NCBI GenBank assembly: GCA_030704615.1
Contig: CM060733.1
Coordinates: 68,448,001 to 68,512,000 of the forward strand
Source: Takakia lepidozioides
Lineage: Eukaryota; Plantae; Bryophyta
Reading direction: 5' to 3'
DNA: 64,000 bases
In this document: positions 61,861 to 64,000 of the stretch, piece by piece
Numbering within the stretch: the stretch's first letter is position 1
Layout: every line of letters starts with the position of its first letter
The notes under the pieces: generated by a model
Database searches by the model: none
What the model was told of the DNA's origin: nothing
What the model saw: the letters and a program-made list of their open reading frames with translations, nothing else
Position numbers and translations under genes: made by a program

Positions 61861-64000
61861 TCAGGAGCGAGATTTTGAATCGCTGTTTTTGCTCCGAAAT
61901 GATGATAATGAGAAAAAGGAACGGGGTGCTGCAATCAAAGAAAATACCGACCAGTAAGAAGGGAGTATGCAGTTAACGCACACTCACTGCATATAGCCAA
62001 GTTGATGTCATGTAAAACACTACCTAATTGACTGCACAAAACTACACATCTGGACAGGGACACAAACACCAAACCACACCACACAAAGCAGAGCAGAGCT
62101 ACACAGTGATGACCTTACTTTTCAGCAAGGTGCCTCCAGCCAAATGGTCTTCCCGTAGCTTGAAGTTAGCAGGTGGAGTGGGGATCGAGCTTCTGACAGA
62201 TTGGTCTGCAGCAACCCCAAATGGTGAAGTTACACAGATGCACCCAGAGTCTGTCAAGTGAAAGTTTACATCATGCCATATGGAACCCATCAATGAACCT
62301 TGACATTTGAGACCCATCTCACACTTGAACTAAGCTTTCTGACTCTACGTCTATCTGAGCCCAAAGGAGCATGCAAGAAGGGAGTATGCATCATAGGTGC
62401 ATTGACATTGACATACTGATGTGGATTTTGTCGTCAAGGTTGACAGCCTTGGAGGAAGCTCCTTGACTTCCAGCAGTGCTCTTGGAACTAAAGCTTTTGA
62501 TAGGTACTCGAGGCCCACTGTTTTTGGCACTTTTCTCCATCTGTCTGGTCAAATCCTCTGACCGAAATCCCAATTCACTTGATACATCGGCATCATCATC
62601 ACCCTCAGATGCAGTTGATGCTGAATGCCAGTCAGTTATATGTGAACCGGAAGTACGACTCTTTCGACCAAACTTCAACAGTCTCTTCAGGCCCTTGGGA
62701 GATTCCTTGCTATTGACTGGAACAGCAGCCTTCTGGGAGTTGGTCCAGATCTTGTGGAGGCGACCTGTGGGGGTATATGTGGCCTCCGGAGATAGTGAGT
62801 GCTGAAGTTGTGGAAAAGTCTGGGAGGCAGGGCTAGGAGAAGGAGAGGCTGATGCCAAGAAAATAGGAGCCTCACAGATGGCTAAGAAATCTGACTCTGT
62901 CTGAAATGACGCCTCATCTGAGATAGCTTGAGCTGGTGATGGTGATGCGATTGCCTGGGGTGCAATGTAGGCATCAATGGGAGAAGATGTAGGTGAAGAG
63001 GCAACCAAAGGGGTCTGTTCTGCTTCAGAGTGTTGGATGAGAGAAGTAGATATGGGAACTCCTACAGCACCAGGAGAGGTATACGATAATGACATATCAT
63101 GTGGTGCGTTGGATAATGAAAGGTTTGGTGCTGGCAAAATGATATTACTGACTTGGACATGAGAGGCAACAGAGTCAACATGCTGGTTACCTGGCGCAAG
63201 AGAAACTTCCTCCATTTCAGTGCACTGAACTTCCTTCATTGCATCCTCAGTTTCCTCTGCTCCAGCAATGACGACATCCTGAGAAGCAGTATCAGAGACA
63301 CCAATAGGGAAAGAGCCTAATGAGGCAGCTGCACGGATGGGCACCAAGCCAGGTCCACTTCCTGCTCTCTCATCTGCCTCATCTGCTGCCAAATCGATGG
63401 AGAGATCATCGGTCAGTTTGAGTGCTGCAAGATGAGGGCTCTCCAAGTTGCTCTGCACTGGAAATGACATTGTGGCAATGGTGTCATCCAGAAACTTATT
63501 TACAGGGTCAGGTGCATAGGCTGCTTTTACCTTACGGGCACCTGGGCCAGCACCAGGCCCAATCCCTTTCCCTTTGCGGAGAAAGGGTTTTGCATCTAGT
63601 GTGACCGTGGCAGTGACAGAAGCACGCTTACCAGGCTTACTTAGCACACTTTGGTCCACCAGACCCTTTGAGACTTTGAGAGATGCAAATACTGGAGCCT
63701 CCTGAGAAGGTTCATTCACCGGCGTAATACTCTTCCTTATTCCTGTACCTCGGTGCTTCTTGTCTTCGATGGCGGAAGCTCTTGCAGTTGGCCGACTCCC
63801 ATTGACCTCAAGGGGAGCAGTTGAGGCACGCACAGCAGAAGTGTTGGATTTATTAAGAGTGCTGGCTCGGTCGTGAAAAGTGGTAGTACGCACCACTGAA
63901 GGTTTTGTATTCTCCTTCCTGAGCTCTGCAAGGGAAGGGACAGAGCGACTTAAGGGATTCTCAGGGGTGCTGGGCTGAGTTAACATCTGAGGTCGCCGTT
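61861..64000 (-). CDS. 3' part of a COP1-interacting protein (CIP7)-related gene; exons >64000-62417, 62205-62119 and 61928-61861
   Basis: KPFLRKGKGIGPG, KESPKGLKRLLKFGRKSR, DWHSASTASEGDDD, RSSIPTPPANFKLREDH and PRSFFSLSSFRSK. Both introns are GT-AG, phase 1, and the join is in frame to TGA at 61861. Confidence 0.88.

Overview
This window is eukaryotic, transposon-dense DNA, most likely from a non-seed land plant (inferred from PLS-type PPR, OSB PDF-motif, RAPTOR, ASCH and CIP7-like sequences, GT-AG introns and a Galadriel-like chromovirus). Positions 1-53.8 kb form a nested transposon island. It holds four Ty3/Gypsy elements (one full-length with 625-bp LTRs and a TSD), a LINE 3' fragment, a 6.4-kb non-autonomous CACTA carrying PPR and OSB gene pieces, and a hAT MITE. 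It also holds two related Mutator-like (MULE) DNA transposons. MULE-1 is complete (8754-20761, 21-bp TIRs, 8-bp TSD CTGTGATG) and has a decayed GCM-like/DDE/SWIM transposase. Its cargo is a divergently oriented intron-containing gene with the SAM-binding motifs of N4C/N6A DNA methyltransferases and a head-to-head pair of intact unknown paralogues. It also carries arrays of a 22-bp palindrome, including 32 consecutive copies at exactly 53-bp period; most other spacings are also near multiples of about 10.6 bp. MULE-2 and an array at the window start carry family-specific variants of the same palindrome, and a divergent SET-domain ORF lies near the start. The right end has an isolated RAPTOR last exon and the 3' exons of a COP1-interacting-protein-like gene. 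All calls were made by eye; no database searches were run.
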